Source of the DNA: Dehalococcoidia bacterium
Lineage (GTDB): Bacteria; Chloroflexota; Dehalococcoidia; DSTF01; RBG-16-68-14
NCBI GenBank assembly: GCA_040902195.1
Contig: JBBDXS010000003.1
Coordinates: forward strand, 108,752-172,751
Length of the DNA: 64,000 bases
Direction of reading: 5' to 3'
The number at the start of each line of letters is the position of its first letter. Positions within the stretch are counted from its first letter, which is position 1. Below the pieces are notes generated by a model. It was not told where the DNA came from, did no database searches, and worked only from the letters and a program-made list of their open reading frames with translations. Shown piece after piece: positions 53,635 to 61,188 of the stretch. A program made the position numbers and the translations under genes.

Positions 53635-55827
53635 GTGTTCGCGTATCGCTACTCGGAATGGGACGGCTCGCAGGAGATCCCACCTCTCGATCCGGACGAT
53701 CTTCTCGAATCGCTGACCGATGACTTGATGAACTTCGGGGACCTGCAGCACGCGCTGCGGAACCTGATGCAGCGCGGCATGCGCAATCCGATGGGCCAGC
53801 GCATGCAGGGCCTGCGCGATCTTCTTCAGCAGCTCCGCCAGCAACGCCGCCAGACCCTCGATAAGTTCAACCTCGGCTCCGCATTCGAGGACATCGAGAA
53901 CAAGCTCGAAGAGATCCTCGACCTGGAGCGCAACACGCTCGACAGGCGCCTGCAGGAAGCAATGGAGCAGCAGGATGGCGATCAGCCGTCGCCGGACGCC
54001 GGCGAGGCGTCCGACTCAGGCGAGAGCGGCTCGCAGGAGCAGGCGGCGGCGCAGCAAGGCCAGCCTTCGCCGGCCGGGCAGCAGACGCCGTCGTCGCGCG
54101 GCCAGCAGTCGCAGTCCGGCGACCCCTCTGCGCAGTCGCAGTCCGGCCCGTCTTCGAGCGGCGATCAAGCCGAGTTCGCGAAGATGCTCAGCAACATCGC
54201 GGAACGAAAGCGGCAGTTCCTCGAAGCGCTGCCGGAGGACGTGCCTGGCAAGATCAAGGACCTCCAGGAATACGAGTTCATGGACCCGGAGGCGCAGCAC
54301 CGCTTCCAGGAGCTCATGGAACAGTTGAAGAAGGCGATGACGGAAACCTTCTTCAAGGACATGTACCAGCAGATCGACAACATGTCCCCCGAGGACATGG
54401 AGCGCATGAAGAACATGGTGCGCGACCTGAACGAGATGCTCTCGGAGAAAATGGCCGGGGGCGAGCCCGACTTTGAATCGTTCATGGAGAAGTACGGCGA
54501 TCTGTTCGGCCCGAACCCGCCGCAGTCGCTCGACGAGCTGATCGCGCAGATGCAGCAGCAGGTCGCCAACATGCAGAACCTGCTCGATAGCCTGCCCGGG
54601 GATATGCGGCAGCAGCTCCAGGACTTGCTCGGCGACAAGATCGGCGACCCCGAGCTGCAGGCTGAGCTCTCGGAGCTGAGCGGCAACCTCGAGCTGATGT
54701 TCCCGATGCGCGACTTGCGCAATCAGTACCCCTTCCGCGGCGACGAGGAGCTCGATCTCGAACAGGCGATGCAGCTCATGGACCGCATGCAGTCAATGGA
54801 CGAGTTGGAGCGCCAGCTCGAGCGCACGCAGTACGGCGGCGACATGGACGAGATCGACGAGGAGAAGCTACGCGAGATCCTCGGCGAGGAAGCAGCGGCA
54901 ACGCTGGACCAGCTCAAGCAGTTCCTCGAGATCCTGGAGGAGGCCGGCTACATCCGGCGCAAGGGCAACACGTGGGAGCTGACGCCGCAGGGCACGCGCA
55001 AGATCGGGCAGAAGGCGCTCTCCGAGATCTACACGACGCTCAAGAAGGACAGCTTCGGCAAGCACAGCACGAAGAGCACCGGCACGGGCACGGAGCGCGC
55101 CGACGACACGAAGGCGTACGAGTTCGGCGATCCGTTCCACCTCGCGCTCGACAAGACGCTGATGAACGCCATCCAACGCGAGGGGCCCGGCGTTCCCATC
55201 GAGCTGCATCCGAGCGACTTCGAAACCTACCGTTCCGAGCAGGTCACGCAGACCGCGACCGTCATGATGGTCGACCTCTCGTGGTCGATGGCGCTGCGAG
55301 GCAGCTTCCAGGCGGCGAAGAAGGTAGCGCTGGCGCTCAACAACCTGATCCGCACGCAGTTCACGCGCGACAGCCTCTACATCATCGGCTTCTCCGCCTA
55401 CGCGCGGGAGCTGAAGGCGGAAGAGTTGCCGTACGTGCGCTGGGACGAATCTGTCCTCGGCACGAACATGCACCACGCCTTCATGCTCGCCGAGCAGCTT
55501 CTCGCCAAGCACAAGAGCGGCACGCGCCAGATCATCATGATCTCGGACGGCGAACCGACAGCGCACCTGGAGCGGGGTCGGTCGTATTTCGCCTACCCGC
55601 CCAGCCCGATCACGATCCGCGAGACGCTGAAGGAAGTGAAGCGCTGCACCAAGAAGGACATCACGATCAACACCTTCATGCTCGATCGCAACTACTACCT
55701 GAAGGAGTTCGTGAACCAGGTGGCGAAGATCAACAAGGGCCGCGTCTTCTACACCACCCCTGACAAGCTCGGCCAGTACATCCTGGTCGACTACGTCAAG
55801 AACAAGCGCAAGACGATCCAGGGCTAG
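53635..55827 (+). CDS. VWA domain-containing protein with long acidic/Gln-rich coiled region
   Basis: C-terminal MIDAS context VMMVDLSWSM...IIMISDGEPTAH. The central region is low complexity. Confidence 0.8.
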   Translation: MFAYRYSEWDGSQEIPPLDPDDLLESLTDDLMNFGDLQHALRNLMQRGMRNPMGQRMQGLRDLLQQLRQQRRQTLDKFNLGSAFEDIENKLEEILDLERNTLDRRLQEAMEQQDGDQPSPDAGEASDSGESGSQEQAAAQQGQPSPAGQQTPSSRGQQSQSGDPSAQSQSGPSSSGDQAEFAKMLSNIAERKRQFLEALPEDVPGKIKDLQEYEFMDPEAQHRFQELMEQLKKAMTETFFKDMYQQIDNMSPEDMERMKNMVRDLNEMLSEKMAGGEPDFESFMEKYGDLFGPNPPQSLDELIAQMQQQVANMQNLLDSLPGDMRQQLQDLLGDKIGDPELQAELSELSGNLELMFPMRDLRNQYPFRGDEELDLEQAMQLMDRMQSMDELERQLERTQYGGDMDEIDEEKLREILGEEAAATLDQLKQFLEILEEAGYIRRKGNTWELTPQGTRKIGQKALSEIYTTLKKDSFGKHSTKSTGTGTERADDTKAYEFGDPFHLALDKTLMNAIQREGPGVPIELHPSDFETYRSEQVTQTATVMMVDLSWSMALRGSFQAAKKVALALNNLIRTQFTRDSLYIIGFSAYARELKAEELPYVRWDESVLGTNMHHAFMLAEQLLAKHKSGTRQIIMISDGEPTAHLERGRSYFAYPPSPITIRETLKEVKRCTKKDITINTFMLDRNYYLKEFVNQVAKINKGRVFYTTPDKLGQYILVDYVKNKRKTIQG

Positions 55828-55874
55828 GCCGGCCGCGCTTCGATCAATCGATAATGCCCCGCAAGATTGACCCG

Positions 55875-55900
55875 TTGGGGCGCATGGCCATGCGCCCCAA
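55875..55900. repeat. REP palindrome copy 1
   Basis: ttggggcgcatggccatgcgccccaa, a perfect 26-bp palindrome just upstream of (or within the annotated 5' end of) the RayT gene. Confidence 0.8.
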
Positions 55901-55907
55901 CGATATC

Positions 55908-56453
55908 ATGCGCTCCATGCGTTACGACCCGTTCACGCACAACCGGCGTTCGATCCGCCTTCCCGGATACGATTACACGGCCGCCGGGTCGTATTTCGTG
56001 ACGATAAACGCCACACGCGCGCACGGCCTCCTCTTCGGCACGGTTGTTGATGGCGAGGTGGTCCTGAACGAATACGGCGTGTTTGTGCGGGACGAATGGG
56101 AGCGGTCGGCCAGAATACGGCCCGAACTTGAACTCGGCGCCTACGTCGTGATGCCGAATCACCTGCACGGGATCGTGACGTTGGTTGGGGATCGCTTTGT
56201 AGGGGCGCATGGCCATGCGCCCCTACACGCGCCGTCCCTCCACCGCCCACCTCGATCGATCGGGGCGTTCGTGGCCCGTTTCAAGGGCGCCGTAACTCGC
56301 CGTATCAACGCGCTGCGGGAGACGGAAGGCACTCCCGTGTGGCAGCGCAACTACTACGAACACGTTGTCCGGGACGACGAAGACCTCTCGCGCATCCGGG
56401 CATACATCGAGGACAATCCGCGAAATTGGGAGGACGACGAGTATTACAGGTAG
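55908..56453 (+). CDS. rayT: REP-associated tyrosine transposase (RayT, IS200/IS605 Y1 family)
   Basis: RLPGYDYTAAGSYFVTI...YVVMPNHLHGIV (HUH) ...WQRNYYEHVVRDDEDLSRIRAYIEDNP (catalytic Tyr region). The start is uncertain (55854, 55908 or 55917) because REP copy 1 overlaps the 5' end. Confidence 0.8.
   Translation: MRSMRYDPFTHNRRSIRLPGYDYTAAGSYFVTINATRAHGLLFGTVVDGEVVLNEYGVFVRDEWERSARIRPELELGAYVVMPNHLHGIVTLVGDRFVGAHGHAPLHAPSLHRPPRSIGAFVARFKGAVTRRINALRETEGTPVWQRNYYEHVVRDDEDLSRIRAYIEDNPRNWEDDEYYR
56199..56226. repeat. REP palindrome copy 2, inside the RayT ORF
   Basis: gtaggggcgcatggccatgcgcccctac. Translated in frame as VGAHGHAPLH, between the HUH motif and the Tyr motif. Confidence 0.8.
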
Positions 56454-56466
56454 GGGCGCATGTTGC

Positions 56467-56495
56467 GTAGGGGCGGGTTTCAAACCCGCCCCTAC
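56467..56495. repeat. Variant REP-like palindrome
   Basis: gtaggggcgggtttcaaacccgcccctac (12-bp arms). It is preceded by a half-site, gtaggggcgca. Confidence 0.7.
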
Positions 56496-56553
56496 GTTGC
56501 CCCCGCGCCACCCCGGGCCCGATCAATCGATAACCACCTCGCAAGGTCGATCC

Positions 56554-56582
56554 GTTGGGGGCGCATGGCCGTGCGCCCCTAC
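56554..56582. repeat. REP palindrome copy 3
   Basis: gttgggggcgcatggccgtgcgcccctac. The upstream flank cgatcaatcgataa...cgcaag...ga(t)ccgtt repeats the flank of copy 1. Confidence 0.75.
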
Positions 56583-56640
56583 ATTGCCCCCCGCACCGCC
56601 AACGCCTCGATCAACCGGCACGACCGCTCGGGATCGATCT

Positions 56641-56668
56641 GTAGGGGCGCATGGCCATGCGCCCCTAC
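56641..56668. repeat. REP palindrome copy 4
   Basis: gtaggggcgcatggccatgcgcccctac, identical to copy 2. It abuts the stop of the VOC gene. Confidence 0.8.
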
Positions 56669-56675
56669 GTTGCGC

Positions 56676-57098
56676 CTAGCTCCCCTCGATCCAGGCCCCT
56701 TCGTAGAGCTGGAAGAGCACGCCGCCGGAGTCGCGTGGGTGCACGTAGACTTCTTTGTACTTGTCGTAGTTGCGCCCGCCAAACGGCTCGTGGCCGGCCG
56801 ACTTGAGGGCCTCGATGGCGCGGTCGACGCTCTCGACCTCGAAGGTGACGTGGTGGAGGCCGGGGCCGCGATCGCGCAGGAAACGCACGAGGAAGCTGTC
56901 GTCGCCGGACGGCTCGAGGATTTCCCACTGTGGGCCCCCACCCGGCAGGTCGAGCGTCGCGCCATTGTAGCCGGCCCCCGGGTTCTCCCAGCGACCCGCC
57001 AGCTTCATCCCGAACAGGTCGGTAAGCATCGGCAGGCGGTCGTCCAGCTTCGGAACGACCATACAGACGTGATCGATGCGCTTGATTCCCAGATTCAT
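56676..57098 (-). CDS. VOC family protein (glyoxalase / methylmalonyl-CoA epimerase-like)
   Basis: IDHVCMVV...FGMK...WEILEP...GPGLHHVTFEV...GGVLFQLYE shows the paired beta-alpha-beta-beta-beta motifs with metal ligands H/E. Confidence 0.8.
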   Translation of the reverse strand: MNLGIKRIDHVCMVVPKLDDRLPMLTDLFGMKLAGRWENPGAGYNGATLDLPGGGPQWEILEPSGDDSFLVRFLRDRGPGLHHVTFEVESVDRAIEALKSAGHEPFGGRNYDKYKEVYVHPRDSGGVLFQLYEGAWIEGS

Positions 57099-57196
57099 CG
57101 CTTCCTCCTCGCAGACTCGGGGAAGGGCCCCTGGGAGTATACGCGTTGGAAATTATTACGAATAGGAAAATTGGATACTTATCTTACCGATTACGC

Positions 57197-57224
57197 TTGA
57201 CAAGCCCGGCTCCCGTGGTAGAAT
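57197..57224 (+). promoter_or_regulatory. Strong sigma-70-type promoter
   Basis: TTGACA (57197-57202), 16-nt spacer, TAGAAT (57219-57224). Confidence 0.6.
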
Positions 57225-57237
57225 TGTTCCCGTAATC

Positions 57238-57420
57238 ACAATCGCGGGCGTTCAGGGAGGTCGCCCGCCCCTCCCGCAGCGAAGCGGGACTGCCTAATCC
57301 GGTCCCGGACCGGGGGACCCACATCTTGGGGTGAATCTCGCGCGATGCGAGTAGGGCTTTCCGCCTTTCGGCCCGAACCCGTCAGCTAACCCCGGAGGCA
57401 GTACGAAGGGCTCCGTACGG
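57238..57420 (+). promoter_or_regulatory. c-di-AMP riboswitch (ydaO/yuaA class)
   Basis: Conserved blocks appear in order: aatcgc..., ccgggggaccca, ttggggtgaatc, gagtagggc, cccgaacccgtcagctaacc. These correspond to B. subtilis ydaO GCGGGGGACCCA / UGGGGUGAAUC / GGUAGGGC / CCCGAAUCCGUCAGCUAACC. A trailing hairpin gtacg-N8-cgtac precedes the RBS. Confidence 0.8.
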
Positions 57421-57448
57421 CACATGGCTGCAGTAAGGAGGATCCCTC

Positions 57449-57658
57449 ATGGTAAGCGTAACACTGCCCAGAAACTGTCCCCGATGTCGAGGCTCGATGA
57501 TCCCTGAGCGCGACTGGTACGGCGAGTACTCGACGTGCCTGTGCTGCGGGTACGTCTTCGAGGCCGTCTCGAGCCCGCCGATCGATCTCCTCGAGGAGGA
57601 AGAGAACGGCCACCGGCAGCGCCGCCGGCAGCCCTCGCACGGCAAGATCCGCCTGTAG
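57449..57658 (+). CDS. Small zinc-ribbon protein
   Basis: AAGGAGG lies 7 nt upstream. CPRC...(17)...CLCC four-Cys ribbon, acidic stretch EEEENG, basic tail. Confidence 0.5.
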   Translation: MVSVTLPRNCPRCRGSMIPERDWYGEYSTCLCCGYVFEAVSSPPIDLLEEEENGHRQRRRQPSHGKIRL

Positions 57659-57781
57659 CCTTCGGCACGCAGGCCGACCATGCGGCGAAGCGCCGGTTCC
57701 CCGCCCGGCGCCTCGCCGCACTTTGCTTCCCCTAGCCCTTCACACCTAGGCATTCAGCCAACCTTTGGCCGGGCACACGAT

Positions 57782-57799
57782 TTAGGGGATTTCCCCTAA
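57782..57799. promoter_or_regulatory. Palindromic operator-like site
   Basis: ttagggg-attt-cccctaa. Related cccctaagg motifs recur within the next 50 bp, upstream of the second small ORF. Confidence 0.3.
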
Positions 57800-57877
57800 G
57801 GCCCCCTAGGGTATTCCCTTATATGCCCGCCCCTAAGGCTCGGCGTACACTCCTGCAGCAAGGAGGCGAATCGAGCG

Positions 57878-58123
57878 ATGGACAGCCACACCCGCACCCG
57901 CACCCGCACCCGCACCTGCACCCACCGCTGGGTCCTTGGAGAGCCTGAGCGCGGCGGTATCCAGGGCACCTGCCGTCGCTGCGGGGCCCAGCGGACCTAC
58001 CCGTCCGGCCTGGAGCCAATCGAGGAAGAAGCAGGCCCCGACTTCGTCGTCGAGGACTTCGGCCTCGACCTGGCAGAGATGGCGAGCGAGCTCGCCCCCA
58101 CTCGAGGACACGCACTGGTATAG
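57878..58123 (+). CDS. Small Cys/His-motif protein with (Thr-Arg)n repeat
   Basis: AGGAGG upstream. MDSHTRTRTRTRTCTHRW...CRRCG, with an acidic C-terminal half like the 57449 product. Confidence 0.4.
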   Translation: MDSHTRTRTRTRTCTHRWVLGEPERGGIQGTCRRCGAQRTYPSGLEPIEEEAGPDFVVEDFGLDLAEMASELAPTRGHALV

Positions 58124-58222
58124 CCGGACAGATGTTCGGCGTGACCTGTTGTTCGGAACGTTAGGTTATGTTAGCGTCGCCCCTGAGGGACTGCGGGGTG
58201 GCCAAGCGAAGGAGCGAAAAGG

Positions 58223-59011
58223 ATGGAGCCTACTACCCCCGCCCGCCCGAACGTCATACGCGCCAAGGACGCCACCATGCGTCCCGGCTGGAGCCGGACC
58301 ACAGGGCAGCGAATCCGCGTCCTCATCGCCGATGACCATGCGATCCTTCGCCAGGCGCTGCGCCAGCTCTTGGAGCAGCACGCCGAGGTCGAGGTTGTGG
58401 GTGACGCGTCCAACGGCCGCGAGGCCATCTCGGCCACCGAGAAGCTGATGCCTGACGTGGTGCTGATGGACATGGTGATGCCCGGCCTCACCGGTCTCGA
58501 GGCGACCCGCCAGATCCGCAAGCGCTTTCCAAAAACACGCGTACTCATCCTGACCGGCTACATGGAGGACGAGCAGATCATCGGCGCGCTGCGCGCCGGC
58601 GCCTCGGGCTACGTCGTGAAGCGGTCCGACACGGAGGAGCTCCTGCTCGGCATCCAGGCCGTGCATCGCGGCAATACCTACTTCAGCTCGGCCATCTCCG
58701 ATGGCGATGCCGTCAACCAGTACATGTGGCAGGCCAAGAAGGAAGACGGCAAGGTCGGCTACGAACTGCTGACCTCTCGCGAGCGCGAGGTGCTCCAGCT
58801 CATCGCCGAAGGCTACTCGAACCAGCGCATTGCGCAGGAGCTGTTCATCAGCGTCAAGACCGTGGAGGCCCACAAGGCCCACATCATGAGCAAGCTCCAC
58901 GCGCGGAACCGCACCGACCTGATCCGCTATGCCCTACGCAAGGGCCTCGTCGGCATGGACGCCCCACCGGACGTCCGCGAGGACGAGCAGGACACCCGCC
59001 AGGCCGTCTAG
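58223..59011 (+). CDS. NarL/FixJ (LuxR-type) response regulator
   Basis: Receiver domain RVLIADDHAILR...VVLMDMVMPGLTG...ILTGY. LuxR HTH LTSREREVLQLIAEGYSNQRIAQELFISVKTVEAHKAHIMSKL. The start may instead be the ATG at 58277. Confidence 0.85.
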   Translation: MEPTTPARPNVIRAKDATMRPGWSRTTGQRIRVLIADDHAILRQALRQLLEQHAEVEVVGDASNGREAISATEKLMPDVVLMDMVMPGLTGLEATRQIRKRFPKTRVLILTGYMEDEQIIGALRAGASGYVVKRSDTEELLLGIQAVHRGNTYFSSAISDGDAVNQYMWQAKKEDGKVGYELLTSREREVLQLIAEGYSNQRIAQELFISVKTVEAHKAHIMSKLHARNRTDLIRYALRKGLVGMDAPPDVREDEQDTRQAV

Positions 59012-59032
59012 GCCACAGCTGACAGCTTCGAT

Positions 59033-59326
59033 ATGGAGAGCACAGAGAGCATTGCTATGGCTTCGATTACCCCAAGTCCGCCCACGATCCTTGGCCCTTC
59101 GTCGCTGCGTGTAGTCTACCTCCAGCGACTCCAGCGCCTGCTCCGGCTGCGGCGCGAGCACGAGCAGGAACTGAACCAGCAGGGCCTCCGGCTGCTAGAC
59201 CGCTCGCTCTTCGCCGCCTACTGCGCCTGCCGCGACGCGGGCGCCGAGGAGGAAGCGCGCGCCATCTTGCGCCGAGAAGGCATCCACATGGCGCCGCCCG
59301 AACGCGAGCTGCGATCGGCGAGCTGA
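59033..59326 (+). CDS. Hypothetical protein
   Basis: 97-aa ORF between two regulator genes. No motif recognised. Confidence 0.35.
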   Translation: MESTESIAMASITPSPPTILGPSSLRVVYLQRLQRLLRLRREHEQELNQQGLRLLDRSLFAAYCACRDAGAEEEARAILRREGIHMAPPERELRSAS

Positions 59327-59327
59327 C

Positions 59328-59717
59328 ATGACGCAGACGATCCTCGCCGTCGACGACGAGCCCAGCATCCGCCGCCTCCTGCGCATCTCGCTCGAGATGC
59401 AGGGCTACCGAGTCCTGGAGGCGGCGGACGGGGTAACCGCGCTCCGGCTGGCGCGCCAGGAGCGGCCGGACCTGGCCATCATCGACGTGGCCCTGCCCCG
59501 GCTGAGCGGCCTCGACGTCTGCCGCCTCCTCCACGAGGACCCGCTCACCAATCGAACGGCCGTGCTCCTGCTCTCAGGCCTGCTCCCGCCTCTCGAATCC
59601 GAGAGCCTGACACGAGCCGGGGCTCGCGCCTGGCTGGCCAAGCCCTTCACGCCTACAGACCTCCTAGAGCGCGTACAATCGATTCTGAGCGCTCCTACGC
59701 CTCTTCCTACGGGCTGA
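59328..59717 (+). CDS. Single-domain response regulator (CheY-like receiver)
   Basis: ILAVDDEPSIRRLL...PDLAIIDVALPRLSGLDV...AWLAKPF. Confidence 0.8.
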   Translation: MTQTILAVDDEPSIRRLLRISLEMQGYRVLEAADGVTALRLARQERPDLAIIDVALPRLSGLDVCRLLHEDPLTNRTAVLLLSGLLPPLESESLTRAGARAWLAKPFTPTDLLERVQSILSAPTPLPTG

Positions 59718-59871
59718 ATTGCCATCCGGCCTCTCTCGGCGCCGCCCTTCTTAGCCGATAACTGATACACGAACCAGAGACGGGAGACCTCCGAACCGGC
59801 TTCCTTCTCTACGTAGAACTTCGGACTCCGGCGCCGAGTTATCCGGGCGCTGAGGAGGCAAGGAGAGGCCG

Positions 59872-60114
59872 ATGCTCGTTCTTACACGCAAGATAGACCA
59901 GGGAATCGTTATCGCTGGCAACATCTATATCAAGGTGCTCGGGGTGGAACGCGATCGCGTCAAGATAGGCATCTCGGCGCCGTTGGACATTGCCGTCCTA
60001 CGTCAGGAGCTGATCGAGCGCGAAGGGGCTGCGAACGGCGAGCCGGCCGACACGAAGGAGAACGGCCAGCCAAAGTTCGTGGCGCACAAGGAGCAGAAGC
60101 GGGACGCTAGCTAG
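59872..60114 (+). CDS. csrA: Carbon storage regulator CsrA
   Basis: MLVLTRKIDQGIVIAGNIYIKVLGVERDRVKIGISAPLDIAVLRQEL. Confidence 0.9.
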   Translation: MLVLTRKIDQGIVIAGNIYIKVLGVERDRVKIGISAPLDIAVLRQELIEREGAANGEPADTKENGQPKFVAHKEQKRDAS

Positions 60115-61115
60115 CCGACAACTGTAAGCGCTGGTCGCGGACGAGCCGTCCGCACCGTTTTACCGCCGCCCTCGATGACTTTGAGAGGCGGCGGTTCTGT
60201 ATTCCTGAGCTGGAACAGCGCAGAAGGCACCTCAACCGGGCCGTCGAAGGCCATGGACTGGCGGGCGGCCCACCAGAGCGCAGCGACACGCGTCCAGCGC
60301 TGCCCATTCGTGAGCGAGAGGCTGCCGGACGCAACAGAGCTCAGGAACGCGCTCGCCTCCTCGTCGATGGGGTCGACGTCCGCGAGCCTGTGTTCGCGGT
60401 CGCCGGCAAACGCGCTGAGGTCGTGCTCGCCACCAATGACCCGGACGGCGCCGGTCGAGTCGAGGTCGTCGAGGATGATCGTGCGGCCGGGCGCCGCCGC
60501 GACCAGCTGCCGTCCGCCTTCGGCCTCCGCGAGGCTGATCGTGCACTGGACGACGGTGCCTGCGGCGTACTGGAGTGTCAGGAAGGCTGTACAGACTTCG
60601 CCGAGGTCGTCCCGCCGGACGGCGGCGGCGGTCACGCTGCGAGGCTCATCGTTGAGGAGCGCGTCGCACACGGCGAGCTGCTCCGTCGCAAGCTCATCGA
60701 TGCGCTCCTGGCTAGCGGGCTCTGCCAGGCAGAGCAGACGCAGGTAGAGCGGCCTCCAGAACGGCTCCTGCCCTTCGAGGAGGCGGCGCAGAAACGGGAA
60801 GCCCATGCGGTACTGAAACGGCTCCACGAAGCGCAGGAGCCGCCGCTTGCGTCCCGCGAGCAGCGTGAGCCGGGCGGCCTGCCAGGGGCTGAGCAGGAAC
60901 GGCGCCGCGTACAAGACGTGGACGCCGGCCTGAAGCGCCTCCTTCGCGCGCGAGAACGGGTCGTGCGCGCCGGCGACGAGCACGAGGGCATCGATGCCGC
61001 CGGGCAGCTCCTCGGGCGCGGGCACGAGGTCAGCGCGCGTGCGCAAGGCCGAGGCCCAGCGACTGGCAGCCTCGCCCTCGCCTATGATGGCAACGCGGAG
61101 ACGTCGTTCGCTCAT
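60111..61115 (-). CDS. Gfo/Idh/MocA-like protein (degenerate Rossmann N-terminus), function unknown
   Basis: LRVAIIGEGEAASRWASAL start, with length and layout similar to that family. Weak call. Confidence 0.4.
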   Translation of the reverse strand: MSERRLRVAIIGEGEAASRWASALRTRADLVPAPEELPGGIDALVLVAGAHDPFSRAKEALQAGVHVLYAAPFLLSPWQAARLTLLAGRKRRLLRFVEPFQYRMGFPFLRRLLEGQEPFWRPLYLRLLCLAEPASQERIDELATEQLAVCDALLNDEPRSVTAAAVRRDDLGEVCTAFLTLQYAAGTVVQCTISLAEAEGGRQLVAAAPGRTIILDDLDSTGAVRVIGGEHDLSAFAGDREHRLADVDPIDEEASAFLSSVASGSLSLTNGQRWTRVAALWWAARQSMAFDGPVEVPSALFQLRNTEPPPLKVIEGGGKTVRTARPRPALTVVG

Positions 61116-61188
61116 GACTAGACGATAACGCCGCTGGGCGCGAAAGGCCTTCGGGGAACTCCCTTGGGCGGAGCGAGGGGCTCCTGAT

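Noticed and set aside
53975-54722. Alternate-frame and antisense ORFs inside the VWA protein's low-complexity region.
   Set aside because: Repetitive Gln/Ser/Glu-coding DNA keeps several frames open. The 730-aa frame is the only one with a recognisable domain (VWA/MIDAS).
55841-56668. Whether the repeated palindromes form a CRISPR array.
   Set aside because: The repeats are perfect palindromes with irregular spacing (about 300, 240, 60 and 60 bp). One lies inside a gene and they flank a RayT transposase. This is REP/BIME architecture, not CRISPR. No cas genes are present in the window.
57819-58115. Minus-strand ORFs with GCGCGCGC-type or (Gly-Ala)n translations.
   Set aside because: They are antisense to the (CACCCG)n microsatellite, and the + strand ORF has an RBS. 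They are a repeat-driven artefact.
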